Notes: generated by a model from the letters alone, not told the origin. 64,000 nt of DNA from a virus (IMGVR_UViG_3300021399_000115:32001-96000), one strand, 5' to 3'. Shown: positions 46,270 through 55,764, counted from the stretch's first letter. Translations and numbers: made by a program.

Positions 46270-46318
46270 AATTCCATCTCCCTTCAAATCGTTGTTTGAT
46301 CAAACTCGGTTTTCATTG

Positions 46319-46537
46319 TTAGTCAATCCAGATTCTTTCTTTTACAAGTTCAGACGTATCCATGTCTTCCAGTTCTCCATAGAATTCCCTCACCTTAGCC
46401 GCTGTTTCCACATCACCGGATTCCTTTAATAAGTCAGCGACAAAATAAACCATGTTATCCATATAAGAGCGGCTCGGAATGTCGATGTATCTTTCATTAG
46501 CGCGAACCGCTTTTTTAATTCCTTTTGCTGTAATCAT
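46319..46537 (-). CDS. hypothetical protein
   Basis: AAGGAG RBS. Confidence 0.55.
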   Translation of the reverse strand: MITAKGIKKAVRANERYIDIPSRSYMDNMVYFVADLLKESGDVETAAKVREFYGELEDMDTSELVKERIWID

Positions 46538-46542
46538 CCATG

Positions 46543-47019
46543 TTATCTCCTTGTATAAGAGTTACCGGTTCCAAATTCGCCGAGTACATTTGTCTTGTAC
46601 ATTATCGGGCTAAGCGTATGATGCTTAAACTTGGGAACGGTTTCATCATACTCTTTAATAAAATTTTCAAGTGTGTCATGGCTACTTTCCATCAGGCGGT
46701 CAAATAGTAACTTGCCTTCCGGATAGTTAGTAATTGACAGTGACAATTCCGTTGGTGGCATCCCGTTATACTCGTCAAGCGGAACTTCGAAATAAAGTCC
46801 CGTTACAATCCGGCGTTCTGGGTCAATCATCGCCGTGGCATCAAGCCACATGTCAACATAAGTGCTATCTAAATCCAAACCAAGAAAATCCAGAACTCTG
46901 TTTCTCATTGAATAGCCGGGATGAAAATCAACCACCACTCGTTTCTGTTCCTCGTCATAAACCCACAACGTATCCATGTCGATTTCCAATGAGTTGATTT
47001 CTGTTTCTCTAAATGTCAT
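46543..47019 (-). CDS. hypothetical protein
   Basis: AAGGAG RBS. Confidence 0.65.
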   Translation of the reverse strand: MTFRETEINSLEIDMDTLWVYDEEQKRVVVDFHPGYSMRNRVLDFLGLDLDSTYVDMWLDATAMIDPERRIVTGLYFEVPLDEYNGMPPTELSLSITNYPEGKLLFDRLMESSHDTLENFIKEYDETVPKFKHHTLSPIMYKTNVLGEFGTGNSYTRR

Positions 47020-47033
47020 AGTATCATCTCCTT

Positions 47034-47246
47034 TTATCTGTATGCTTGAATTGTAAGATACACTCTTGTTCCGTCGTTGAGGTCAATTACTACTCCTCTA
47101 TCCATTGTGAGAAGATCTGCTTCCTCGAATGTCTGGACATCTTCTACCTCTGGGAAAAGAACGTCTTCATCATAATCGGCTTCGATGTAGCTATTATTCT
47201 TAATAGCTTCTACGATAGATTCTTCAATTTCCTTTTCGTAATCCAT
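47034..47246 (-). CDS. small very acidic protein
   Basis: VQTFEEADLLTMDRGVV. Confidence 0.65.
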   Translation of the reverse strand: MDYEKEIEESIVEAIKNNSYIEADYDEDVLFPEVEDVQTFEEADLLTMDRGVVIDLNDGTRVYLTIQAYR

Positions 47247-47248
47247 GC

Positions 47249-47527
47249 TTATTCCTCCCATGTTTCGACTTCGCTATCCCAGCTATTTACAATGTTCTTA
47301 ATTACTCCGGCGGTTTCCAGTCGTTCGAAGTAATCAAGCAAATCTCCCTGAAGATCTCCATATACCATTCCGTAAATGATTGCAGAACTATCGGTGTCAT
47401 TGTTTTCTACTTTCTGCTTTTCGCTCTCGGGGATTTCTCTGACCCCATATCTCTCAAGGAAATCCTCAAAGATTTCAATGAGGTCGTTGATGTTGTCTAG
47501 TGTAAAGTACTTATTTGCGTTTGCCAT
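47249..47527 (-). CDS. acidic hypothetical protein
   Basis: IEIFEDFL..AIIYG..YGDL. Confidence 0.65.
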   Translation of the reverse strand: MANANKYFTLDNINDLIEIFEDFLERYGVREIPESEKQKVENNDTDSSAIIYGMVYGDLQGDLLDYFERLETAGVIKNIVNSWDSEVETWEE

Positions 47528-47529
47528 AG

Positions 47530-47736
47530 TTACCACCACTCCTTATAATCTTTAAGAACCTCGTCTATAGTTGCCTTATTCTGCCGGCGAAATCCACCCT
47601 TGGGAGTGCCAACATGACACGTTACTCCGTTATCAAACACCATCCGCTGCCGCCACATGTAGTGACGGTCGGCGGTATGTTTGACATCGAGGAGTTTGTG
47701 TGGGTTTCTGTTATTTCGGTAGGTCGTTACTCTCAT
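47530..47736 (-). CDS. small basic protein
   Basis: AAGGAG RBS; YRN.RN..K. Confidence 0.6.
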   Translation of the reverse strand: MRVTTYRNNRNPHKLLDVKHTADRHYMWRQRMVFDNGVTCHVGTPKGGFRRQNKATIDEVLKDYKEWW

Positions 47737-47754
47737 GTGGCGGTCTCCTTTCGT

Positions 47755-48057
47755 TTAATAATTCATCGGACATTCACTCCATCCAATGTTGTCACAGTAG
47801 TACGGAATTCCGTCAAGTACTACAACATCTGACATACTAAGTGATCTTCCGCAATATTGATTCGGACGTTCGTCTGTATTGAATATAACAAACAGTCTTT
47901 CAAGCGCACCGTTTACCGTTTCGCTTGATATTTTTCCGCGCCAAACAGGAACGTAATCAGCCATCTGCCAGTTATGGTTCATAGCGAAATCAAAATCTCT
48001 GAATGTGTAGCTCACGCTCATCGGCGCCATGTAGATTATGTATTCTCTCACTTTCAT
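47755..48057 (-). CDS. YodL-domain protein
   Basis: Y..VW.G, LE.LF..FN...P..Y.GRSLS.SDVV..YYCD..GW. Confidence 0.8.
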   Translation of the reverse strand: MKVREYIIYMAPMSVSYTFRDFDFAMNHNWQMADYVPVWRGKISSETVNGALERLFVIFNTDERPNQYCGRSLSMSDVVVLDGIPYYCDNIGWSECPMNY

Positions 48058-48231
48058 ATGATTAATCCTCCCTTGCACAAATAGTGTAAAATTCTGCATC
48101 GAGAATAATTTCGCCGGTATCCATATCTTCAAGTGAGATATTTGCTGGGTCATCAATGTCACCGTAAATCGCAATTTCTACCTTATGACCAAAATGAGAT
48201 TTAAGGATGTTCCACAGTAATTCGTTATCCA

Positions 48232-48618
48232 TCACCATTTCTCCTCTCCGTTCAATAAACGCTGTACATATTCTTCTCTCCAGCTACAATATTCTTCCCA
48301 CGGTACTGTCGGGAAATGTTCATCTGCGTCATTTCGGTACACCTGGCAGTTTCTCCAGTTGCTGCAAATCATGGTGGGTATATCGTCCATCTCGGAGTCC
48401 GGCATCGCTTCCTCTCCGTATGGACAATTCTCACATTCCGTGGGATAGAACTGAAGTTCATTGCAACCATCAATATATTTCTGACGGCGGTACGATTTGT
48501 TTTTCTCGTACCATGTCAGCCGTTCCATTTCCTTTTCCACTTCGTGGGCTTCGTCTTCCCAGCGACTACGGTTATATTCGGGTACGCAATTCGGAATACT
48601 ACAATTCATAATTCTCAT
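48232..48618 (-). CDS. Cys-rich hypothetical protein
   Basis: ORF with GGGAG RBS. Confidence 0.6.
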   Translation of the reverse strand: MRIMNCSIPNCVPEYNRSRWEDEAHEVEKEMERLTWYEKNKSYRRQKYIDGCNELQFYPTECENCPYGEEAMPDSEMDDIPTMICSNWRNCQVYRNDADEHFPTVPWEEYCSWREEYVQRLLNGEEKW

Positions 48619-48634
48619 GATACCATCTCCCTTC

Positions 48635-48916
48635 TTAATAGTTCATCATCAAGCAACCAAGGGGATAATGCCCCTTGACCGCATAGATTTCAATCATGTC
48701 ACCAGAATCCTCAAGCCGAACTCTCCGGCGGTCGGAAGTACCGAGGAATCCAATCGACTCAAGGTACTGGAGAATGTCCTTTTCGTTTGCGTCCTCAGTG
48801 ATATTGAGGTCGTCTACCTCAACGCACTGGTTGTTTACAAAGTAACCGTCGTCTGCGTTTCCCCAGACGTCGAAGTAGTTGATTAACGACCATTTGTTAG
48901 CTTTGATATTTATCAT
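48635..48916 (-). CDS. hypothetical protein
   Basis: FDVWGNADDGY.VN. Confidence 0.65.
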   Translation of the reverse strand: MINIKANKWSLINYFDVWGNADDGYFVNNQCVEVDDLNITEDANEKDILQYLESIGFLGTSDRRRVRLEDSGDMIEIYAVKGHYPLGCLMMNY

Positions 48917-49104
48917 GGTATCATCTCCCTCTCCGCTACGTCGTTTTCAAGATCATTTAACACATCAAGTGCAACTTCCATACGATCAATTTCATAAATT
49001 GCGTATGGATAATTTGCCTTGTAATGATTAAGTTTCTCGGTTAATAAACTAACCGTCTGCTGAACATCTGCGAGTTCAATGTCGGTGGAATAAATAAATT
49101 CCAT
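48913..49104 (-). CDS. small hypothetical protein
   Basis: GGAGG RBS directly after a junction site. Confidence 0.6.
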   Translation of the reverse strand: MEFIYSTDIELADVQQTVSLLTEKLNHYKANYPYAIYEIDRMEVALDVLNDLENDVAEREMIP

Positions 49105-49135
49105 TGTGGCAGCCTCCCTTCAAATCCGACTTTTA

Positions 49136-49747
49136 TCAAATCCACTCGTCAACATGGAATGCTCTGTCGGCGAGATACACATCGTCGGTTACCGCATCTC
49201 TATTCGCTCCCACAACCATTTCAGTTGCATCAAGGATGCTCATCATGTGAGTCGGAACAATCATCAGTTCATGGATGCTGCTCGGAAGAATGTAAAAGTC
49301 TCCGAGTTTCTCTTTGATAGCAGCCAACACATACTTATTCAGGAGTATCCCGGCTCCGTTTGCAAGTTCATCATTAGTGAGTATAATCATCGGTTCATCC
49401 CAGGCGGTGAACTCATCTACGTGTTTCATGAAATCACCGAAGCCTGCAACGGTAAGCTGTGCATCCAACATGGTGCCAAGTCTTGCTTTCTCCGCAATAT
49501 TTGCTTTCGCTATTGCAATCTGGCGAGGAGTGACTTCCGCCGGGAACGCAAGCGCACCATCAAGGTTGTATGCAATATAGAAGTAAATACCATTTTTTAC
49601 TTCGATCGGCTCAATAGCATCATTTTTGCGGTTCTTGTAGCTGCGCGCTACAATGATGAGATTCTCGTTGGTAGCGGTTTCCATCATGTTTGTGAGTTCT
49701 TTGTGCATCGGGTTGCTTTCGTCAATGTTAATAACTTTGTTAATCAT
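49136..49747 (-). CDS. DUF5688-like protein
   Basis: M.ILTN....GA, DFYILPSSIHE. Confidence 0.75.
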   Translation of the reverse strand: MINKVINIDESNPMHKELTNMMETATNENLIIVARSYKNRKNDAIEPIEVKNGIYFYIAYNLDGALAFPAEVTPRQIAIAKANIAEKARLGTMLDAQLTVAGFGDFMKHVDEFTAWDEPMIILTNDELANGAGILLNKYVLAAIKEKLGDFYILPSSIHELMIVPTHMMSILDATEMVVGANRDAVTDDVYLADRAFHVDEWI

Positions 49748-49764
49748 GGTCGTTTCTCCCTTCT

Positions 49765-49965
49765 TTAATAAATTGATAAGTCAAGTGGCATAAACCAGTG
49801 CCACTCACCGCCCTGGCGATTAATCCGTTTCCTTCGGACTATCCAAGTTCGTATAGTACAACAGTTGTTTGTCGCTATAGCGTACTCATACTGCCCGTGT
49901 TGGACAGTATTTTCGCGGTTTGCCTTGTAGGCGTTGTATATCCGCCGCTGAAATTCAAGTGTCAT
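49765..49965 (-). CDS. small hypothetical protein
   Basis: GGAGGT RBS. Confidence 0.55.
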   Translation of the reverse strand: MTLEFQRRIYNAYKANRENTVQHGQYEYAIATNNCCTIRTWIVRRKRINRQGGEWHWFMPLDLSIY

Positions 49966-50230
49966 CGTTCGTCACCTCCCAGCTCTCTTCTAAACCGGAA
50001 GCGCTGAACTCATTGTTATCATCTCGAAGCCAGATCTCTTCCTTTCTCATGGTTACCATCTGATATTTTCCCGAAGCAATCAGCTTAGCCATTCGCTTCT
50101 GTGCATTTGCCTTTGTTTTATAAAGGCGGTCATCGGCTACTCCCCAAGTAGTTTTGTCTTCCCACATATGAAGTTGATAGTAGGTGACTTCCTTTACGGG
50201 ATACGTGGACAGCTGCTGTTTAATAGTCAT
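49955..50230 (-). CDS. hypothetical protein
   Basis: AAGGAGG RBS before MTIKQQ. Confidence 0.6.
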   Translation of the reverse strand: MTIKQQLSTYPVKEVTYYQLHMWEDKTTWGVADDRLYKTKANAQKRMAKLIASGKYQMVTMRKEEIWLRDDNNEFSASGLEESWEVTNDDT

Positions 50231-50240
50231 AATATCCTCC

Positions 50241-50522
50241 TTAATGATCGGTCCCGCGACCGACCGAGTAAACGTAACCGGTTTCTTTATCCACAATCTC
50301 CATACGGAGTGCGTCACATCTGCCGTCCTCATCTTTGCAACACCAAGTTCCATTGAATTCACACTCAATGGGTGCATTGGCCGCGGAGATTAAGTAAATG
50401 CGGTCGATTTCCACATCATAGCAATCATCCATATCCATGGTATTAAAAATCTGATTGCCGGTATAAATCTGTGGGTCTTTAAGTTCTCCGTCGATTTTGT
50501 AGGTTACTAAATACCTTAACAT
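50241..50522 (-). CDS. hypothetical protein
   Basis: ORF in array. Confidence 0.6.
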   Translation of the reverse strand: MLRYLVTYKIDGELKDPQIYTGNQIFNTMDMDDCYDVEIDRIYLISAANAPIECEFNGTWCCKDEDGRCDALRMEIVDKETGYVYSVGRGTDH

Positions 50523-50526
50523 TCTA

Positions 50527-50715
50527 TCACCCTACCTTCCTGATGATGTTGTTAACAACCACAACACGCTCAACCGTGAACTTGGTTATCTCATCATGAT
50601 TTGCCTTGGCAATTAATCTGTAGTTCTTAGCGATTAAATTCGCTGCGAACTCCGATGAGTGAACCGGGACATATTCCCGTCGGTTTCCGTAATCAATTAC
50701 GACACGCCAATACAT
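50527..50715 (-). CDS. small hypothetical protein
   Basis: GGAGG RBS. Confidence 0.55.
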   Translation of the reverse strand: MYWRVVIDYGNRREYVPVHSSEFAANLIAKNYRLIAKANHDEITKFTVERVVVVNNIIRKVG

Positions 50716-50957
50716 CAGTATTCCTCCCTTCCGAGGTTAATCTGGGTGATGAGAACGTCGATGATTAAATCGACCGTTTTGTTCTCGAGATCACTCATTA
50801 GAATTCCGTTTGCAAGACTGATATAACCATCGGCTATTTCAAGTTCTTCCTGGTGTTTAAGGAAGATATCAGTGATTGCTTCGTCAAGTTCTCCCTTGAT
50901 TGTATCTTTCAGTTCTTTATATTTATCGTTAGTCATAATATTTGCCTCCTTAATCAC
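50715..50957 (-). CDS. small hypothetical protein
   Basis: ORF in array; true start probably MTND. Confidence 0.55.
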   Translation of the reverse strand: MIKEANIMTNDKYKELKDTIKGELDEAITDIFLKHQEELEIADGYISLANGILMSDLENKTVDLIIDVLITQINLGREEY

Positions 50958-51201
50958 TGCAAAATCTCAGCCTGTTATCATAGTACGTAACAGCCGCCTG
51001 AAGTCTATTCCAAGTGGACGGCTCGTTTCTGTTGCACTCCGGAATTTTTCCGGCTTTAATAGACAAATCAACAAGATTACGGAACGCTGCGACGTTCTCA
51101 TCATCGTTCCATTTGAGCGAACCGTACTCTGTGGCGAAGTCGGTAATCGCATCATACAGTTTTCTGTTCTTCATAACGATCTCCTTTAATAAATCATCCA
51201 A
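50950..51201 (-). CDS. small hypothetical protein
   Basis: ORF in array; true start probably MKNR. Confidence 0.55.
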   Translation of the reverse strand: MDDLLKEIVMKNRKLYDAITDFATEYGSLKWNDDENVAAFRNLVDLSIKAGKIPECNRNEPSTWNRLQAAVTYYDNRLRFCSD

Positions 51202-51457
51202 ACACTGCTCTCAGCATTTTCTGACGTGCCTTTTCGTAACGCACGTTGTTTCCCTCGTTTGCCTTAGCCGCAGATTCCACATCATAAATAATGGAATCAA
51301 TAACCACTTCACTCACCAGAAAATCCCTGGCGAGTAACCGGAACTGCTGTTTCCATTTGATTTTCGCCGGGTTGCTGTAGGCTTTACAATATAGAGTGTC
51401 TACGCAAGTCATCGGTCTTGCTCCTCTGTTACGGGCAATCTGCTTAGTAGTAATCAT
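51194..51457 (-). CDS. hypothetical protein
   Basis: GGAGG RBS; ATGA overlap. Confidence 0.6.
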   Translation of the reverse strand: MITTKQIARNRGARPMTCVDTLYCKAYSNPAKIKWKQQFRLLARDFLVSEVVIDSIIYDVESAAKANEGNNVRYEKARQKMLRAVFG

Positions 51458-52008
51458 TCAAGCCTCCCCCTTCTGAATGTGTCAAATACCTTCTCCGCAT
51501 TACATGTTTTAATAAATTCCTTATAGATGGAGAGTTCCTTTTCCAAGCTATCAACAGTTTCCTCAAGCGAGTCAATTCGCTTGTTAATATTCTCCTGGAT
51601 CATGTTCCGCAATATCGGAACTGTGTCACCCGGGATTTCCGTTGTAGCTTCTGCTCCATGGTGTCCGTCCTCGGTGGTAATCCACATGAACAGCTTTGCC
51701 ATGTCGGCATGTGGATCAAGAGTACGAAGCAATAGCTGACGGATGGCTAATCCGAGAGAATCTGTTTGATACTCATTCATTAACTCCCAAGGGTCGGGAC
51801 CATCGGTATCTTTCTGCGAACTCTCATAAGCGGCGGAGTTCTCTTCCGGCAACCATTCAACTGAGTAACCGACAGTTAACTTCGCATCGTTATAACCGGA
51901 GCGGTTCTTCGGCGTGATAGAATCGTACACCGGAGTTGCGGTCAATGGGTTTTCCTTTTGGATTTGAGCAATCTGCCCAAACTGATCTTTAGTATGAAGT
52001 TCCCACAT
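51454..52008 (-). CDS. hypothetical protein with C-terminal coiled coil
   Basis: AAGGAG RBS. Confidence 0.65.
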   Translation of the reverse strand: MWELHTKDQFGQIAQIQKENPLTATPVYDSITPKNRSGYNDAKLTVGYSVEWLPEENSAAYESSQKDTDGPDPWELMNEYQTDSLGLAIRQLLLRTLDPHADMAKLFMWITTEDGHHGAEATTEIPGDTVPILRNMIQENINKRIDSLEETVDSLEKELSIYKEFIKTCNAEKVFDTFRRGRLE

Positions 52009-52020
52009 GGTTTTTTCTCC

Positions 52021-52272
52021 TTATGCTACCTTATTGATGGCTTCATTAAGTTTATCGGCTATCCATGTAGCTCCTATATCTTCATATTTATCTTTTACTA
52101 GCAAACGAAGATAAGCAATGGCATTTTCCTTTGTTGTGAAATAATGTCCCTGTCCCCATGAATCACGATCTGGGCGGTATGCCCATGCAGCTACCCACGG
52201 TGTACATATATTGTCTGGCCAGTGGACAAGAATATAGTTGAGTTCTGGGAGATTAAGAATGATTTCTTTCAT
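52021..52272 (-). CDS. hypothetical protein
   Basis: PWVAAW..SWGQGHYF. Confidence 0.65.
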   Translation of the reverse strand: MKEIILNLPELNYILVHWPDNICTPWVAAWAYRPDRDSWGQGHYFTTKENAIAYLRLLVKDKYEDIGATWIADKLNEAINKVA

Positions 52273-52477
52273 GGTGTGTTCTCCTTTAATAAATAATTAT
52301 AATCAAGGACTTCTCTTTGTCAAGAGTATTTTTTGCCCTTCGTGATGCTCCTTACCGGTTTGCAGAACGGACACGGTTTGCCTTTGGGATATGGAGTGTC
52401 AAGAATAAGGCATCCGCCGAATTCTTTTGCAAAGCACTTACGCTCGTCATTACATTTTGTTGTTTTTTCTGCTTTCA

Positions 52478-52738
52478 TTAGATTGCTCCTTTCGCTTTGA
52501 GAAAATGTTTAAACACAGTTGTGATGTGAGTGTCGTTACAGTCATATTGTTTGTACCACTCACAGATTTCTTCCGGGCGGAATAATGCGTTTTTGAGAAC
52601 GTTCGCCGCCCAGGTGGTGAAGTCCTTTGTGTACCAATGATTGGATTTGCCTTCCGCAAGGAAATAGCGGAATTCTTTATCCTTGACATAGAGCGAATAT
52701 CTACGCTCAATTTCCGGTAACAAGTTTTTTAGCTTCAT
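52478..52738 (-). CDS. hypothetical protein
   Basis: YKQYDCNDTHITT. Confidence 0.65.
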   Translation of the reverse strand: MKLKNLLPEIERRYSLYVKDKEFRYFLAEGKSNHWYTKDFTTWAANVLKNALFRPEEICEWYKQYDCNDTHITTVFKHFLKAKGAI

Positions 52739-52827
52739 TGTATCATCTCCTTGATTAATCATTCTCCCTTATGGTTACATTGAAGCCGGAGAGCGTTATT
52801 CTCACCGGCTTTATCTAACTACAAGGA

Positions 52828-53697
52828 TTAGGCAACCTTGATTCGTTTTCCCTTGGAATCAAACTTAACTGTCTGCCCGGTTTCTTCTACAATAAAATCC
52901 TGAAGGTATAATGTGAGGGACGCTCTCCATCCTCTTTCGGGATATGCCGCAGCTCCTTTCGCTATTAGAAGATTGGGATTTGTTTTCCTCATGAATCCGC
53001 CGAGGAGATCAATAACATCCGGATAAGCCTGGATAATATTTGCTACCGGTATCATTATCCTCGAGCTAAGTCCGTTTCCCTCTTCCATGTAGCCGGCTTT
53101 ATCCAGTACACGGAATGTATCTTTAAGAATGTCAACCCCTTTCTCTTTTGCAATTCCGTATGTAGCGCTGTAAGACCCCAGCACTCTTGCATGTCGCTGA
53201 CCGCTTACCTCGACAATCTCAACTCTATTCTGTTTGCAGAGATCTTCGACAGCAATAGCAATCTGATCATTGTCAAGAACTCTTGCCTTGTGCATCTGTA
53301 CCGGTTTTACGGTTTCAAGACAATCATTCTGATGAAGGAATAATCTTGCTTCAAAAATCCGTCTCTCTTCCGGATCTGCCGGACCGTCTATAATTACGCA
53401 GTTGAGAGACGTAATCCCTTTCTGTTTGGCAGCGGTCAATCTCCCTAATCCATCCACTACTGAGAATTTGTATTCTTCCGGATGCGGAACTACACGAAGA
53501 GGATCCATCTGGTTGTCATCCCATTCCCTTACAAGACGGGATACCTTGTTTTTGTTACGAGTTTCGATTCGCTGGTATTCGGGATCAATAGTCAGCAGAA
53601 TCGTATTGATGTATGCGTTTTTCTTAGTGCCGCAAATTGACACGTTGTTCATAACAGAGATATACAGTTCCTTTTCCAGATTTACAGTTGTTGCCAT
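52828..53697 (-). CDS. ParB/Srx-like N-terminal domain protein (DUF6551-like)
   Basis: IDPEYQR, VVDGLGR..AA, EARLF..QN. Confidence 0.75.
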   Translation of the reverse strand: MATTVNLEKELYISVMNNVSICGTKKNAYINTILLTIDPEYQRIETRNKNKVSRLVREWDDNQMDPLRVVPHPEEYKFSVVDGLGRLTAAKQKGITSLNCVIIDGPADPEERRIFEARLFLHQNDCLETVKPVQMHKARVLDNDQIAIAVEDLCKQNRVEIVEVSGQRHARVLGSYSATYGIAKEKGVDILKDTFRVLDKAGYMEEGNGLSSRIMIPVANIIQAYPDVIDLLGGFMRKTNPNLLIAKGAAAYPERGWRASLTLYLQDFIVEETGQTVKFDSKGKRIKVA

Positions 53698-53728
53698 ATT
53701 TACCACCTATATCCTTTCTCTTTAATAA

Positions 53729-53956
53729 TTAGTTAATAGCCCAAGTACCAACCTTGTTTCCCTTGAGGTTAAGAATCATATCAGTTACTTCCCGGAGCAG
53801 TGCCGGCTCCAACACTTCCTCATCACACATAGTGTCCATAAAGAAGTTGACGGCGGTCTTTTTAACTGCCCAGTAAATATCATTGTATGTTTCCATTAGC
53901 TTGAAGTATGGTTTCTTCAAGCAGTAATTTAATAACTGATTAGCCACATTTACCAC
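53729..53956 (-). CDS. small hypothetical protein
   Basis: ORF in array. Confidence 0.5.
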   Translation of the reverse strand: MVNVANQLLNYCLKKPYFKLMETYNDIYWAVKKTAVNFFMDTMCDEEVLEPALLREVTDMILNLKGNKVGTWAIN

Positions 53957-54073
53957 CTCGCTTTCCCTTGAGGCTAATTGCGTTACGCTGAAACTCTAAC
54001 CCAATGCCGACTGCTCCGACAAGACAGCCGAGGATAAATCCTAAGCCGAATAGTGCCATAATATTCTCCCTTC

Positions 54074-54274
54074 TTAGTTAATCCAAGTTTTTGTCTTGCA
54101 GTCAAACGTCGCACCGTTTCCGTCCTGGTACGGATTGTCCTTTGAATAGCGGAAAATCCACAAGCGGTGACCGCTTACTGTGCGGATTTCCATTGTGCCA
54201 TTATCCATTGCATAACGTTCCCGGTATCCACCGGCTTCGTATGCATCCTTTTTCGTTACTATCTGTGTAGGCAT
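54074..54274 (-). CDS. small hypothetical protein
   Basis: GGGAG RBS; YQDGNGATFD. Confidence 0.6.
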   Translation of the reverse strand: MPTQIVTKKDAYEAGGYRERYAMDNGTMEIRTVSGHRLWIFRYSKDNPYQDGNGATFDCKTKTWIN

Positions 54275-54290
54275 AGACTCATCTCCCTTC

Positions 54291-54983
54291 TTAATAATTA
54301 ACGCGGAATGTATGGACACGCTCCGCATCATCAATCAGTTCCTTGTACGTATGAGAACGGATTGTAATTGTTTTATCTGTGTACTTTACGAGACTCCATG
54401 TCTCATATTTACTAAGAAGGTGTGCTACTCGCGGATTTGCCTTGATGTGGGACTGGTAAATCCGGTTAAAGTAATCACGGGCGACCTCATGATAGATGCG
54501 GTTTCGCTCTGCGGTACGTTTCGGGACGTCGGTATAGTCATCCATCAGATTGTATTTCCGTTTGGGATTGCCGGAATGTACACGGTACCCAGCCAACCAA
54601 GGCAGAATAACCACGTCCGTAAAGCTACACCCAAGGTTCTCGTTTACTAGCTTGAGAATGTTTGCCTTGGTATAGGACAAACCGGTTCTCTTACGTTCAA
54701 TAGGGTGAATGTATGTATTGCAATCTCCGTTTCCATTGTGAATCTCAAAGCAGAAATCTACAATGATCATGTCCGAGCAAGTGTAGTAATAATCATGGTG
54801 GTTTCCTTTCTTCACAGCTCCCGGCGGTGCGTCATACCAGTGGTAATTCTCGCAGCCGGAAAATAACTCCAGATAGAATTCCCTTCCGTCATCGGTGCGG
54901 AATGCCGTACGGATACGGCAATTTTCTACATCGTTTACGTTGGTGCCTTCACATCCGGCGCCTTCGAAGTATAATGTTTTCAT
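54291..54983 (-). CDS. hypothetical protein
   Basis: MKTLYFEGAG...NCRIRTAF; start reassigned on RBS. Confidence 0.7.
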   Translation of the reverse strand: MKTLYFEGAGCEGTNVNDVENCRIRTAFRTDDGREFYLELFSGCENYHWYDAPPGAVKKGNHHDYYYTCSDMIIVDFCFEIHNGNGDCNTYIHPIERKRTGLSYTKANILKLVNENLGCSFTDVVILPWLAGYRVHSGNPKRKYNLMDDYTDVPKRTAERNRIYHEVARDYFNRIYQSHIKANPRVAHLLSKYETWSLVKYTDKTITIRSHTYKELIDDAERVHTFRVNY

Positions 54984-54999
54984 AGTGTCATCTCCCTTC

Positions 55000-55296
55000 T
55001 TAAATAAATAAGTCTGCGTATCCGACGTATCTTGCATCGACCACGCGGTCATCGTAACAGTTACGCGGAGTTCCGTTGTCATCCATGATGGTGGCAACAA
55101 AATCTCCAGTAAACCAATCACCGGAATCGTCAATCCACGACCAGGATCGACCGGCTCCGTCCTCAAAGGTAATTTCGTATTCCCCATCTGCCTTGGGGAG
55201 TACTTCCACTACTTCCCCCATGTGGGGGTAGATTGTGGCGGAGACCTGGACTGTAATGGTGAGCGCCAAAAGTCCGGCGAGAATTGTTTTCTTCAT
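55000..55296 (-). CDS. secreted/membrane protein
   Basis: signal peptide; MDDNGT...DD. Confidence 0.65.
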   Translation of the reverse strand: MKKTILAGLLALTITVQVSATIYPHMGEVVEVLPKADGEYEITFEDGAGRSWSWIDDSGDWFTGDFVATIMDDNGTPRNCYDDRVVDARYVGYADLFI

Positions 55297-55557
55297 AGTA
55301 TTTCCCTCCATAATTATTTTTGCGGTTCATAACCACATCTATGGATACAAGGATAATGATTTCCCTAGCGGATTTCCCTTGCATCCACAGTCTGGTCGTG
55401 AACTAGATCTCCTTGAATCCGGCATCGCGGAGAGCGATGTACTTCTCCGCGAAATCCGGATAAGTGACAGACCACCGGTTTCCGTTCCAGATGCGGTAGC
55501 TTGCATCTGTGTTGATGGAGAACCGGACTATGGATTTCCCTTTGGACATAGTGAGGA

Positions 55558-55764
55558 TCACTTCTCATCACCTCCAATCCCAAGGGTAAGGGTAAGGGAA
55601 TCCCCTTCCTTATATCCCAACTGTCCAAGGGTTACCTTCGGGACATAGATTGTCCCAATGATCGGAGCGGAAAACTCCGACTCTAACTGCTCGGAGAATC
55701 TCACCGTATTCTTGGTGATTTTCTCGGGTACAAGGTTTACGGTTACGTTTGTGTTTTTAGCCAT
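55558..55764 (-). CDS. small hypothetical protein
   Basis: EK.TKNTVRF.E...IGTIYVPK. Confidence 0.65.
   Translation of the reverse strand: MAKNTNVTVNLVPEKITKNTVRFSEQLESEFSAPIIGTIYVPKVTLGQLGYKEGDSLTLTLGIGGDEK

Larger units (their letters stand above)
42716..49135. repeat. dispersed 16-bp inverted-repeat sites TCAAA-N6-TTTNA at gene junctions
   Basis: copies at 42716, 43163, 43843, 44033, 44421, 45307, 46050, 46284, 46300, 49120. Confidence 0.75.

Noticed and set aside
42408-46287. Shared N-terminal peptides MIGDDSM / MMKGDDSM as a protein motif
   Set aside because: These are translations of the repeated junction site plus RBS; the true starts are the downstream ATGs.
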